Shown in pieces: positions 1 to 14,400 of a DNA stretch of 64,000 bases. Origin of the DNA: Octopus bimaculoides (lineage: Eukaryota); contig NC_069003.1 in the NCBI RefSeq assembly GCF_001194135.2, forward strand, positions 19,608,188-19,672,187, given 5' to 3'. Numbering within the stretch: position 1 is the first letter of the stretch; every line of letters begins with the position of its first letter. The notes below the pieces were generated by a model. The model was not told the origin of the DNA and did not search any database. It saw nothing but the letters and a program-made list of their open reading frames with translations. The position numbers were made by a program, and so were the translations under genes.

Positions 1-2
1 CT

Positions 3-171
3 ATGCTGAGCAATAGCTATGAAGTTTGATATCATTCTTGGTATGCTGAGCAATAGCTATGAAGTTTGATATCATTCTTGGTATGCTGAGCAATAGCTAT
101 GAAGTTTGATATCATTCTTGGCATGCTGAGCAATAGCTATGAAGTTTGATATCATTCTTGGCATGCTCAGC
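3..171. repeat. 40-bp tandem repeat, 4 copies plus partial (cut by window edge)
   Basis: Unit atgctgagcaatagctatgaagtttgatatcattcttgg(t/c) starts at 3, 43, 83 and 123. Confidence 0.92.
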
Positions 172-486
172 TACAGCTGGTGACATCAAGGTTTGTGGTC
201 CTGCCACAATCAGTGGTATCACTATTTCTGGCTGGACAGCAACCAGTGACACTTGTTGACATTTCCTGTCAACAAATTGTCTCCTAGCATTGCAGAATAC
301 AAAAAAACTCCCAAAACACTGACATGATAAGTAAGGGTTGGCAACAAGAAGTGCATCCAGCTGCAAAATTCTGCTTTAATTTCCCTTCATCTAAGTCATG
401 AATAACATGCAAAACAGACAACAAACAAATGAACAAATAAAACTGTACTATAGAGTACAGTGGTCATTGTGGTCTCTTTTTAGAGA

Positions 487-868
487 GTACTTTTTACCTT
501 CTACTTGTTTCAGACATTGGACTGTGGCCATGCTAGGGCACCATTTTGAAGGATTTACTCAAACACATTGACCTCAGTGCTTATTTTAAAGTCTGATACT
601 TATTCTATTGGCAACTTCAGCTGAACTGCTATACTGTTGGCTTGTTTATGGAGACATGAACAAACCAACAGCAGCTGCCAAATGAAGGGCAGGAGGACAA
701 ACACAAATGCATACATGATGGGCTTCAGCACAGTTTCTGTATCAAATTCACTCACAAGACATTAATTGACCTGAGGATATAAAACACTTGCCTAAAGTGC
801 CACACAGTGAGACTGAACCCAAAACCATGTGGTTGCAAAGTGAGCACCTTAATCATACTGCCATGCCT
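487..868 (-). mobile_element. tRNA-derived SINE family A (CORE-like body)
   Basis: Same head, body and tail as about 10 other copies in the window. Tail is acttgtttcagtcatt on the plus strand; head carries box A/B-like motifs. Confidence 0.75.
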
Positions 869-2669
869 ACACCTTATAGGGTAAGATTTGAAGGAGATTT
901 AGCTATTATTTCTAGCAAGTCAAACAAACGTGTAGCAAACTCCTCTATTGTTTGGACTCTATCAGTGGAGATAATTCTAGTTGGAGCTTCAGGGAGATTT
1001 TGGAAAATCTGAATGAAGGAAACTTATATCCCCCATTGAGACATTATATTGGTTACAAAATACAAAAAAGGAACAAAACATACAAAAAAAATAAATTAAG
1101 GCAATCTTCTGAAAGGGGATAATGTCAGTTTCAGCAACAACACCGCAAAAAAGTGGAATTAGGCTTTTATACTATATTTGACTCTAATAGGATTACTCAT
1201 ACACATTTGATCAAATCACGAGGAATGAATTGAAAGCTAACCAATTAGGCCAAAGTACATTGATTCACTAAAATGGAATTATGTAAAAATCTCTAATCCA
1301 TTACTCTTACATCTGTACGAAATTTCCATCAAAAAAATAATTCTATGCAATTTGAGAAAGGTTTTGCTACAGTTCACCGGTTCTATGGCCAAGGGAATAT
1401 GCTAACATAATATGAAAAACATACTATATTTTCTGAGATGAAAACGAAGAAAAAAATTGAAGGGATGGGGAGAGGTGACTTTGTAGGTGAATTTTGGAAA
1501 ATATATGCACATCATTTTTTTTTTAAAGTCTTTCTGCTTTTTTACTTTCTCTCCCTCTCTCTCTACTTCCTCTTCTTTCATCCCTCCCTCTCTTCACCCA
1601 TCTTACTCTGCCTCTACCTCTCTCTCTCTCTCTCTCTATTTATGTCTACTTCCAACAAGCATATTTATTTCTGATTTATAAATATATTCTAAAATGGGTA
1701 ATATCTTAAAAAAGAATTAAATAAAAATAACTTTTTTGTGTGTGTATATGAGAGAGAGAGAGAATATGCACATGCACTCATATAGACATACATACACACA
1801 ATACAGTGTGTATAAATGTGTATAGACATTTGTGATATGTGTGTGTGTGTGTGTATATATATGTATATATATATATATATATATACATATATACATACAC
1901 ACACACACATGCATGTGTATACATATGTGTGTGTGTGCTTGTGTGTAACACCTCTTAAAACATCCAACAACTACAAAAACTCAAACAAAACTGAAAAAGT
2001 ATATCAACCCAAAGAGATTTTTATTTTAAATGTTAGAGAACCTTTCTCTGAAAGAAAACAGAATTCTAACATAAATCAACCAACAACATATCCATATGTA
2101 TTATGTAAAGGATGCATGTTTACAGTGACGATATCATCATCATCATCATCGTTTTAATGCCCACTTGTCAATGCTTGCATGTATTTGTTGAGGCAGATTT
2201 TCTACAGCTGGATGCCCTTCCTGTTACTGACCCTCACCTCTTTCCCATTGCTAGTCATGTTCTTCATGGAAGACTGGATACAAACGACCTTGCTCATTTA
2301 CAACCATCATGTGATGTCAATCCACCAATATGCCACCAAAGGGTGGTATACACTTACACACACACACACACATGCACAAAGTCTATATCTTTCAGTGATG
2401 TGTGAACAAAATTATTGTAGACAATACTGAAAAATACCCCTAACCCCAAAATAATGAGGTGTTTTTGAATGAAAATACTCTGTGTGGTATTTATTCTTTT
2501 GCAATTTCACTCTTGACACCCAAAATATCATGAACCAGATTGGCTCATCAGGGACTTATAACTAACAATGCTATTTTCCTCCACTATAACTGCGATAAAA
2601 TTAAAAATAAAAATACGTAAGGCACCGAGATTGGCATTTTACCATTTCTGCACTCGCTTAACATCCTAA

Positions 2670-3440
2670 ATAATAATGGTTTCAACTCTCGGTACAGGGC
2701 CTGCAATTTCAGGGGAGGGGCTAGTCGATTGTATCAACCCCAGTACTTGACTGGTACTATTTTGATCAGCCCTGAAAGAATGAAAGGAATGTTGACTTCA
2801 GTGGAATTTGAAATCAGAATGTGAAAACTAGAAGAAATGCTGCTAGGCACTTATCAGACAAGCTAACACCTCTGCTTAAAAATAATAATAATAATGATGA
2901 TAATAATAATAATGATGATGATGATGATGATGATGGACTCTCTTTTTGAAGATGACGTATAAGTGTTCAGCTTTTGCTGAATGACCTACACAAATGATTC
3001 GTTTATAGTGATCAAATATTTGTGCCACACATTAGCTCACTTACTTCATCAAATCAACATTACCTGAATAGGTGCATGGTGGTTTTCAAATTTTGGCACA
3101 AGACCAGCAAATTAGAGGAAAGGTGCAAATCGATCATATTGATCCCCATCTTCAACTAGTACTTATTTTATCGACTCTGAAAGGATGAAAGGCAATGTTG
3201 ACCTTGGTGGAAACTGAACTCAGAGTGTAAAGACGGACAAAATGCCTCTAAGCTAATGATTCTGCCAAAAGTAATAATAATGATAAGGATTTCTTCAATA
3301 GACAAAAGGTTAGAAATTTGGAAAGGGAGGAATAGTCAGTTTTATCAACCTTTAGTACTTGACTGGACTTTGTTCTATTGATCCCATACGTACAAAAATA
3401 ATAGTTGACCATAGCAAGATCTGAACTGAGAACATAAGGA
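2670..3440 (-). mobile_element. Cluster of three SINE family B copies
   Basis: Repeated motif cagtacttgactggtac...gaaaggatgaaagg...gaatttgaactcag at about 2670-2875, 3085-3265 and 3300-3440. Confidence 0.7.
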
Positions 3441-4529
3441 ATTAAACTGAATATTGCTTTTGTCACGCAAATCTTATTTATTATATGCTAGTATGAAATT
3501 ATATTAAAAAAAATACAAACCAAAAATGTACAAACACAAATTGTGAATGGTGGCTGGTAGGGGTGGAACTATTGTCCTATAGATCTGATAAAGCAATAGC
3601 ATCTTAGAATAAGTTAATTACATTCAATATCGAAATAAAGCAGTAAATAATGATGTGATTGATAGAATATAAAATAATATAAAATCAAATCCGAGACAAT
3701 GTGAAAATGAAAAGAATTAAAATTTTAAACCATAAACAACTTTCATGTCTAAAAGAATAAGATACAGAATAGATTTTGCTCTCTCTCTCTGTCTCATTTT
3801 ATTTGCCTCCTCCCTTTTTTCTCTATTTTTCAATGATTTCAGAACAGAAGAAGGAAAGTCAACTTGAATATACTTAGAAAGAAACAAAGAGTTTAAGCAC
3901 GAAACAATAACTAAATTATTCTATGAACAAAAGTATTCTTTTATCGTAAATTTATAAAGCTTTCAAAACATGCTTGTAAATATGTTTAAGATTTCTGTAA
4001 GAATTTAATTGCCAATTTTGTAGCTCTCAGCATTGTGGTATTGTCTGAGATATTAGCATCAAAGAGAAGGGGCCATGTTATCGTTTGCTGTTAACTGGCA
4101 AGCAGAGAGAAGGCCTGGAACTTCAATAAAAGATAGTTTGTAAGATGGTTGTTGCATAAGATGTTACATACCTAAAAATAAGTTTTTTAAAATGAAAATG
4201 AATAATCAACATCAAATACTGCTAAAATATATATAACAAAATCATTTCTAACACAGAACAAAACAAGTTGAGTACTTTAAACTTTTTACAAACACATTGA
4301 CAAGGGAATCTCTATTCAGTTACTTGACCTGCTAGAAATAGCAACCAAATCTCTTTCATAACCCCTCCTTCTGTAATCTATAAATGAAGTTCCGGTATAG
4401 GAGAGTAGATTGGCAGAATCATAAGAGCATTAGCCCAGATTCCTTGTAGTATTAGTTCTGGCTCCTTGCCTTCTGAGTTCAAAATCCTGTTAGGATCTAC
4501 TTGGGTGGTTAGCCCACATTACCCTGCAA

Positions 4530-4755
4530 GTAGTATAAGGCTGGTTTCCCAGTTCCTCTGGCATATATATATTTCCCACCTGGATGGGATACTGATCTGT
4601 TGCAGGATTACTCATTTTTACCAGCTGAGTGGACTGGAGCAATGTGAAATGAAATGTTTTGCTCAAGAACACAATGCATCACTTGGTCAGGAACTGAAAC
4701 CACAATTTACGATCATGAATTCTACACCCTAACCACTAAGCCATGCACCTGCACT
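4530..4755 (-). mobile_element. tRNA-derived SINE family E (Deu/Nin-like central motif)
   Basis: Minus strand has a tRNA-like head, then ttcttgagcaaaacatttc...ctccagtccactcagctgg...cctgcaacagatcagtatcccatccaggtgg. A related plus-strand copy lies at about 8680-8890. Confidence 0.6.
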
Positions 4756-5742
4756 TGGGTGACAGACATAATTCATCACCTGATATAACACTTCCACTTA
4801 GCTCCCTCACCAGTGTGAATGATATGATACAATGCCTACAACAATTTCTAGAGTCTCTGAGAGCAGGGGGCAGGGATGGAGGAAGGTATCCTTAAACAGG
4901 AGACTTGGCCTGAATGTTTGCAACAGAGTGGCTGCCCATAAAAGCACCCAAGGATCAAGTGATGGGGTTCAATCATGTGACAGTTTAAATCAATCACCCA
5001 AGTGGGACATAGCTGGATTCAAACTCAGGACACAAAGAACTGAAACATACCACAAAATATCCCATCTGAAGCTCAGATATTTCTGCCAGTTCACCATTTT
5101 AGACTGGTTCTTTATTTATTGATCCCTGAAAGGATGAAAAGCAAAACTAGCCTCTGCAGAATTTGAACTTATAACTCAAAGAGCAGAAACAAATACTGCA
5201 AAACATTTTGCCTGATGCTCTAAGTCCCACCTTTTAGACTTACTTTATTTATCAATCCCAGAAAGATGAGAAGCAAAGTTGGCCTCAACAGAATTTGAAC
5301 TCTGAATGCAAAAAATTGGAATAAATACCAAAAGGCATTTTGTCTGATGCCCTTACAAACAAAACTATATACTGTTTCTGCTATACAATTCTTTACAGTG
5401 TACTTATCCTATTTTTCAAAAATATATATTGCATGAATCTTATTGCAGATTAGTCAAAGTAGTTGAATAGTTACAAATTGACAACTGATTATGTAACTGG
5501 CTGTCCTGTTTTCTCTTGGAATATAATCCTATAAATTTGTTTGTAAGTATACAGTCTTTTTCTTCCTAGCACAGTTATTGGTTGTGGTCTTTTGTTTATT
5601 TACAAATAATCTGTCTGAATGATTACATCTCCAGGTTTAATAACAAAACAAAAAATGCTTTGTTTTTGAGCTAAATCACATCACTGTTTCTTTAAACTAC
5701 ATAAACCCAGATTGCTGAAGAGTGCCTCTTTCAATTCAGGCA

Positions 5743-5807
<65 letters not shown>

Positions 5808-6111
5808 TTTAAAAACAAATATTTTCTTATGATCATTGATTCAGCAATATATTATTATACTAGGATTATTAAAAGAATAAATCTAAATGTCAATAAAAAA
5901 AAGACATAATACAAGAAAGAGAAAAACATGCAACTAATTGGTAACCCAAAAGAGATTTTTTTCCTGTTTACTGAACCAATTGTCAATGAAACTGAACTAA
6001 ACAGAGGTTCTTAAACTCATTTTCTCATGGCCCTCTCAGATAACTTTCCAAAAATTGTGAAACCTATACCTACTATTTATACCTGCTACCCTAATTTTAA
6101 TAAGACATTGA

Positions 6112-6330
6112 CCCATTACAGCATTTAAACTAGTCATATCAGGCCCAAATATTCTACCTGTTGATGTTCAAACTGACCAGATGTAGCCTCTCACACCTAT
6201 CTTATTATGTCATTTTAAAAATAAGCAATGACATCATCAAAATCTAGAAGTTAAGAGATAATGCTTGATTAATTTAAAACAATGTGAATCAATAAGCATT
6301 ATATTTGACAGTAATCTAAACGTAAATGGG
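6112..6330. mobile_element. piggyBac-like MITE (219 bp)
   Basis: Termini CCCATTAC...GTAAATGGG, flanked by TTGA (6108-6111) and TTAA (6331-6334). Confidence 0.6.
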
Positions 6331-7220
6331 TTAAATAAAACAAAAATTGTTTAAGTGGAAGAGGAGTCATATTTAAAAGAAAATAAATTAATTTATGATT
6401 TTAACAATGGTGAATACTAGCAATATATTATAGAGTAATATTTTTCTCTCTAAGTAGAAACAGCAGTAAGCTTATGAATTAAATAACTAGTTTTCCTTTG
6501 TTATTCATTCTTAAAACAAACATGTTATTAAATGGAACCCTGAGATTCCTCAGAAACTATTTTATTGTTTACAATGAATTGGAAGATTATGTGAGATTAC
6601 GTGGGTGCTTATATTAATTAGGTTTTACTCCTGATTTGGTTACTGTACAATTTCATTTTTAAACAAAAGATAACACTCAATTATGCATTGTTAAATCAAT
6701 GCCACCATAGGACACATGACAAGTAAATGAAGAACTTCTTTACAAAGTCACTTGACATGCTAGATACAACAGCTAAACTTCCACCAAAACCATACTCTTG
6801 TAAAAGGTACCTAACCAACAAAATTATCATATAACACATTACATAAGATACACACACGTCCAATACAAAAATGTTCATCCATGAAAGAAATTCATTTGAA
6901 TGCATGCATGTACACACATACAGATGCAAACACACACACACACATACAGAATAGTATTTCAGAATATGAAATCATAGAGCAAAAAGTCCATGATCTTTTA
7001 TGAAGCTATAATGGATTAGGTTTCAATCAATACTTATGATTGATAATATATTGAATGTGGTAGTGTTGATGGAAATGAGGATGGAGTTTGGATTCAGACA
7101 ACATCACTAATATCTTTTCGAGATATTTCTGAACCCATTTTGTACTAAAAACTTATAATCTCATTCTTTCAATCAGTTTTAAACACACACATACACCCAG
7201 TGCAAATTATATTTATGTTT

Positions 7221-7610
7221 TATCTTTTACTTGTTTCAGTCATCTGGACAGCAGCCAGGCTGGAGCACCACCGTGAAGAGTTTAGTTAAACAAATAAACC
7301 CAAGGACTTATTTTATTTTAAGCCCGGTATTTATGCTATCAGTTTCTTTTTGTCAAACTGCTAAGTTACAGGGTTGTAAACAAACCAACATTGATTGTCA
7401 AGTGGTGGTGGTGGAGGACAAACACAAAGACACACATATACACACTTAAAATGGACTTCTTTTGGTTTCCATCTATCAAATCCACTCACAAGGTTTTGAT
7501 CAGCCCAGGGCTATAGTGGAAGACTCTTGTGCAAGATGCTGCACAGTGGGACGAACACAAAGTGACATGACTGGGAAGCAAACTTCTTACCACACAGCAC
7601 ATCTGCACCT
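7221..7610 (-). mobile_element. SINE family A
   Basis: Full-length similarity to other family A copies. Confidence 0.78.
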
Positions 7611-7849
7611 ATAAAAGAGTTATTTCAAAATTTCTTTTTCTTTTTTCCTTTGCAACTCTAACCAGATGTAATAAACGAAGTAACAGTAAAATTTGAATTT
7701 TAAGAAATAAATTAAACAAAAAAAATATATAACATATATAAAATATAGAACATGAGAGAGAGAAATTAGAGAAAGAAAGAAAGGAGGAAGAAAGGTGGAT
7801 GAGGAGATAGAAAGGAAAGAGAAGAATATAAGAAAGCTGTTTGTCTTAC

Positions 7850-7985
7850 CAAGATATTGCTGCAGTAGTTCATACTTGGTTCCATGCTTATAACGAATGA
7901 GTTTTAAGTTAACAGTGCGATCTGTCTGCTGTAAAAGTTTCACGGCATCACTGTTCGAAAAGCCGTTCAGAGATTTCCCATCAAC
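7850..7985 (-). CDS. MPDZ: MPDZ/PATJ exon D (136 nt, phase 0-1): PDZ3 C-terminal part
   Basis: Acceptor ttccattccag|GTTGAT and donor ATCTTG|gtaaga. Encodes VDGKSLNGFSNSDAVKLLQQTDRTVNLKLIRYKHGTKYELLQQYL+G. Confidence 0.93.
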
Positions 7986-9369
7986 CTGGAATGGAACAGA
8001 ATTGAAAAGGAAATGAGAAAGAGAGAAAAAAAGAGAGGGGGGGAGAGAGAGGGGAGAGAGAGAGAGAGATAGAGAGAGAAAGAGGATATTGATGACAACG
8101 AAGTTCTAAATGCCCACTAAACTCTTTTTTACTTAAACTTATGAAATCAGAATTTTGTGAAAAATTCTCATTGATAGGTACAAGTATAGCCCATTGAGAA
8201 TAAACCCAGAACTATGTGGGTTGTAAAAGAAACCTCTTAATTACATACCCATATCTGCATTCATAATGTGTTGTTGATGTATTTCAGAAAGTCACAGTTA
8301 CCTTTTATACCCACCTCTATCCTATCTTTAGAGTTACTGCATCCCAAATCTCCCTTGACACCACAATGGTATATGCCATTCCAGTGAAGGTGTGTGACAT
8401 AGCAGTTTCACTGCTGGCCTCATAATCATTAAGCTTAGGTTAAGATTGTCAGATTATGTGTTACATTGTTCCTTGAGCAAGATCATTCATTTCCCATTGC
8501 TTCAGTTGATCCATCTCAAAATGAGTACTAAGTAACAGCTCAATAGTCTTATACACTCAGTTGTTTAAAAGCCATGGAAACTGGGATGAGTACTAGTCTA
8601 ATGGGCCTGAAGGCTTGAAATAAATTTAATACCATTCCTATTTGTGTATAATGTGAAAGTATGTCACCTAGTAGCTAGTAAGTTGCACTCACAATTTCAA
8701 GATCATGGTTTCATTTCACAGGAAGAGCATTGTGTCCTTGAGTGAAACACATCACATCGCTCCAGTCACTCACCTATAAATGAATAGCCCTGCAACAGAC
8801 TGGCGTCCCATCCAGGGGTGGTGCTGTGATCTCAAATCACTTATACAACATGGAAGAGTAACTAGACCTATGAGTCCTAAGACTCAGGACAGAACTTACT
8901 ATTTCTGTACACCTACCTGTATATTCTATAACAATGCTGTTCTAGCAAAACCACAAATAAGGTGTGAGAAAATAAATTCTAAATTCACAACAATCACATT
9001 TCATCATTGACAATTTTAAAAATATTAACGATAAGTTTTTTTTTTTGTAAAAAGTGAATTTTAGTTTATTTGTTATTTTACACCTGCTTCATCACTATTT
9101 CATTGTAATCAGTTAATATATTTTCTAGTTTCTGTTTGTGAACAAAAACAAAAAAAAAAAGAAGATAACTCTAGTTTCAAAATATCAGATAAATAGCTGA
9201 CGTGTGTATTTGTAAGCCTATGTGTGTTTATGTACATATACATGTATACATATNNNNNNNNNNNNNNNNNNNNNNNNNNNNNNNNNNNNNNNNNNNNNNN
9301 NNNNNNNNNNNNNNNNNNNNNNNNNNNNNNNNNNNNNNNNNNNNNNNNNNNNNNNNNNNNNNNNNNNNN

Positions 9370-9426
<57 letters not shown>

Positions 9427-9486
9427 TACATGAACATATATATGTGTGTGTGTGTTTGTGTACGTATATACACATACATATATATC

Positions 9487-9877
9487 TCTTATCTTTTACT
9501 TATTTCAGTCAATAGACTGCAGGGATGTTGGGGCACTGCCCTGAACAATTTTTAATCAAATGAATCATCCCCAATACTTTTTTTATGCCTGGTACTTGTT
9601 CTATCGATCTCCATTGCTACACTGCTAAGTTACAGTAATATAAACATGCCAACACCAGTTGTCAAATAATGGTGGGGAAAATACACACACAAGGACACAC
9701 ATACACACACACACACACACGATAGGCTTCTTTCAATTTCCATCCACCAAATCCACTCACACAACTTTGGTTGGACTGAAGCTCTAGTAGATGATACATG
9801 CCAAAGGTGCCATACAGTGGGGTTGAACCCAAAATCATGTAGTTGGGAAGCAAGCTTCTTATCACACAACCACACCT
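9487..9877 (-). mobile_element. SINE family A
   Basis: Full-length similarity, with an internal (CA)n tract. Confidence 0.78.
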
Positions 9878-10064
9878 ATCTATATTTGTATGTATACATA
9901 CATACATGTGTGTGTGTGTACATTAATATTTTAACACTCACTGTTCCATGCTTGCATGAGTCAGACAAAATTCAATGAGGCAAGTTTTTTATAGCCTGAT
10001 GTCCTTCCAGTCACCAACCCTGATTTGTTTCCAAGAAAGTTAATAATCTCATAGTCTACAGAAC

Positions 10065-10590
10065 AACAAATGTGTTCAATGGTACAGTGTCACAAATCTT
10101 AAAGTTCAAGATCCAGCAAATGGCAGAGAAAGTCACGGTGACTGTTCTAGGAGATGATGAAGGCACCATGCTCCTTAATTTTCTGGTACATGGCTCCCCC
10201 ATGAATAATAAGCAGTACATTGAAACACTCAAAAAAAAACTTAGAGAAGCTACTTGAAGTGAGAGACCTACCCAGAATCTAAAAAACCATAAAATGATCC
10301 CCATTCACCAATACAATCTGTGACCACACACGTTTTTGGCAACAAATCAGCCAATCAGCATATTGGGTTGGTCAGTGGTTCCCCACTGTGCAGACTAAAT
10401 CTAGTACCTGACAGTTTCCACCTGTTTGATCCAGTAAAGGGACAGTGTTTCGGAACAATGAGATGATGACACAGACAAACTGAAGGAGTGTTTATAACGG
10501 TGCATACTTGAATCCTTTTCATAGGGGATTCAAGAATTGGGTTCAACAATAATGCAAATGCATCACTTGTGATGCAGACTATGTAGAGGA
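10065..10590 (+). mobile_element. Decayed mariner transposase fragment
   Basis: KFKIQQMAEKVTVTVLGDDEGTMLLNFLVHGSPMNNKQYIETLKK resembles the mariner KVMATVFWD.EG...DFL region. It is followed by degenerate HxNARPH and PDLAPxDFHLF-like segments. Confidence 0.7.
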
Positions 10591-10703
10591 ATATGTTTGT
10601 CATATGGAGGAGGAGTTATTCTACAAACATGTGCAAGCTGAAAGATTTACAGCAATTAATAAAACAAGTTATGCTCATTTTAGCATTACCTTTGGTAAAA
10701 CTT

Positions 10704-10756
<53 letters not shown>

Positions 10757-10767
10757 NNNNNNNNNNG

Positions 10768-10811
<44 letters not shown>

Positions 10812-11882
10812 TGTGTGTGTGTGATACACACATGCATAATCAGATTGTCATCTAGTTCACATATTACTAATAAATGAGAAACATATTGGGGAATATTTCT
10901 GAATTATCAGAGTTTTTGGTAATATATTTATGTAGCCCATAGGAACTAACATTGGTAGGATGTAGAGTATGGAGAAGGTAGACTGAGTGAATGTGTGTAT
11001 ATATATATATCTATATATACAGGAACAGAAGTCTATGAAAAATAGAAAGAGGAGAGCAAGAAACAGAGAAAGAGAGAGAATGAAAGGGGAGGGGGGAAGA
11101 AGAAAGTCTTCGTGTTTTTTTTTCAATAGAATAGAAAAGTGCATGTGAGTGTGCATGAGTAAAAGTACATGTGTGTATATGCATGTATGTTTGTGTCTTT
11201 ATAAAATGTGTTTGTGCATGAAAGTGCAAGAGTGTGTGTGTGCATAAAAACATCTGTGCTTGATTTGAATACGTACATGATTGTATGCACAGGCATGAAT
11301 GTGCGTGTATGTGCTAGAATGGCTAAACATATATGCATACAAATCTCAGTTATATATGAGCCTGTATATATCCAACAGACTTTTTCAGATGCTATAGAAA
11401 ACACTCACCCAGACACACACACAAACAAACAAAAGTGATACTAAAAATGATAAGTATAAGACTGAACTGAAACCATTCTTTCTGAACTGGCACTGATTAG
11501 ATTTATATGCTTGTGTGTGTGTGTGTGTGTGTGCATGCGTGTGTGCGCATGTGCGTGTATACATACACACACCTATACTCACACACAGACCACTGAAAAG
11601 AAAGTGCTAGTATCATAAACAGACAGTAGAAGACATGATACAAAAGCAAACTTAAATCAGAGAAGACAATGAGAGTGTATATATATATTCCTATAAAACA
11701 GCTGCCACATCATCAGCTGTTACAAAAACTTTTGGGTTTCTCCAACCGAATAATGTTCTTCCTTTCATTTAATGTGAGTGTGAGAGTGTGAGTATACCTT
11801 CTTCCTTCCATGTTTATTCACACAGTTTTCAAAGACAAGTTAACTTGTGTCTGTAAGGGAAAACTATGTAATCTCTTTCTTT

Positions 11883-11914
<32 letters not shown>

Positions 11915-13829
11915 GTCAATCTATTTGTCTATCTATAAGAAAATGAGATGACAAAGGAAAGCAAAATGTATATATTTATTTATTTACACACACTCATATA
12001 TATGTATGTACATCTTTATCTACCTATGTATAAGGCAGGTGCAGCCGCAGTATGTTTTAGAAGATGGACATAAAATTGATGATGATGATGGTGTGTGTGT
12101 GTGTGTGCAATTATATATAATATTTTAACGTCCACTTTCCAGCACGTGCATGGGTCAGTCAGAGTTTGTTGAGGCAGATGGTTTTCTACAGTTGGATACC
12201 CTTCCTGTCACTAACCCTTATCTGTTTCCAAGCATAGTAATATTTCTCAATGACCAGACACGTTTTTGCTGAATTCTGAAAATGAATAACATTCATTTAC
12301 AACAATCATATGATGTCTAGACAATGGGATACACACATACATACACATATTCACACACACACATACATACAACAGACTTCTTTCGGCTTCTATCTACCAA
12401 ATCCACTCAGGGCTATAGCAGAAGACACTTGCATAAGGTGCCATGTAGTGGGATTGAACCCGAAAACATGTGAAGAAGAAAATTTTTTAAACTACATAGC
12501 CATGCCTGCACCTACAATATATATATATATATATATATATATNNNNNNNNNNNNNNNNNNNNNNNNNNNNNNNNNNNNNNNNNNNNNNNNNNNNNNNNNN
12601 NNNNNNNNNNNNNNNNNNNNNNNNNNNNNNNNNNNNNNNNNNNNNNNNNNNNNNNNNNNNNNNNNNNNNNNNNNNNNNNNNNNNNNNNNNNNNNNNNNNN
12701 NNNNNNNNNNNNNNNNNNNNNNNNNNNNNNNNNNNNNNNNNNNNNNNNNNNNNNNNNNNNNNNNNNNNNNNNNNNNNNNNNNNNNNNNNNNNNNNNNNNN
12801 NNNNNNNNNNNNNNNNNNNNNNNNNNNNNNNNNNNNNNNNNNNNNNNNNNNNNNNNNNNNNNNNNNNNNNNNNNNNNNNNNNNNNNNNNNNNNNNNNNNN
12901 NNNNNNNNNNNNNNNNNNNNNNNNNNNNNNNNNNNNNNNNNNNNNNNNNNNNNNNNNNNNNNNNNNNNNNNNNNNNNNNNNNNNNNNNNNNNNNNNNNNN
13001 NNNNNNNNNNNNNNNNNNNNNNNNNNNNNNNNNNNTGCTAGAAAGTTTATATTTATGAGTATGCATACATAATGTGTTTGGTGTGTGTGCATATATAATG
13101 TGTTTGGCATGCACATACTCTAGAAAGTTTACACTTCACATGAGTGTGCATGTGTTTATTATTATTTGTATGTATGTACTACAATGTTTAAATTTTATAT
13201 GAAGGTGCATGCATTATGAACATGTGTGTTTGTGGGCAAGAAAATTTGAGTTTTATATCTGTGTGTATAATGGGTTTATTGTGTGTGCGTGTTTGTGTAG
13301 AGATGGAAAACAACTTACTAAAAATATGCATTTTGGTTTCATAGTATATCTTACTTTTAGTTTCATTTATATCACTCACACACAGAGACTCACTCACTCT
13401 ATCCTAACTCTGTATATAAGAGAATGAGAAGTTCAATAAAACTTGAAATTCAAATAGATGTGTAAGAGTGTAAGTGAAACAGTGAAAAGCAATGAAGGAT
13501 GTGTGTGTGTGTGTGTGTAAATACATATATATATCTACACACACACACACAGAGAAAGAGAAGTGAGAGAGTGAGGGGACCCCAAAAGTTAAGAGAATTC
13601 AAGTACATCTTAGTACAAGAATACAGCTGTGTGGTCAGGAAGTTTACTTCAAAATGAAGTGATTTTGGATTCAATAGCTGGATCCTTTCACTGTAACCTA
13701 GAGCTGGAAATTGAACAGAGAGGGTGGGAGAGAGAGAGAGAGAGATCCAATGATATTGAGATGTTTTATTCCAAATTGAATGTTGTTTACAATGTAGTTA
13801 AACTTGTGATATTATGTTGACAGCCTCTT

Positions 13830-14400
13830 CACAAGAAGAAATCAGCATTTGGATATCATCTGTATACCTGGAGAAAAAGTTTCAAGGAATGCAGACTACT
13901 TAGCACCCTGAGCTGGTCCGTGTATGTGATGGCCAGCAGATCTGACAAGCTTAACCTCCATTAATAGTCCTAAAGTCTATTCATAGATGGGGCCACCATA
14001 CTGAAGGTATGCATTGCTTATAATGAGTTAGTAGTTGGTAGATATCTAAGGGTATAAGACAACAGTGGTAGAGGTTGATGGAGAGCAGGTACAGAAGTGT
14101 AGAAGCAAACCAAGTCTAGGCTAAAGGGTTTTTTTCATTCCAAGTGTTTTAGGGCTGGGGTCTTAGAGTCTGTTATTACTTTGTTGGAGCTGTTGACATG
14201 TCCAGGAGAGGTGTGGAGTTAGGGCTTGAAGAATTTCAAATGGGATTGTGATATCTCATAAAATGCTCCATCAATTGTAGAGTCTCTGTCCAATATTAGG
14301 TTTGAAGGCCAACATGGTGTACCAGATGAACTATAATATATGTGGAAGTTGCCACACCAGAAGCATGAATATTTCCACAAACGTATGTATTGCTAATGTA
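13830..14400 (-). mobile_element. Degenerate Penelope-like reverse transcriptase fragment
   Basis: With frame changes the minus strand reads STIDGAFYEIS...GHVNSSNKV, SLDLVCFYTSVP, IISNAYLQYGGPIYE*TLGLLMEVKL and SRYTDDIQML, which are PLE RT motifs in the correct order. Confidence 0.55.
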
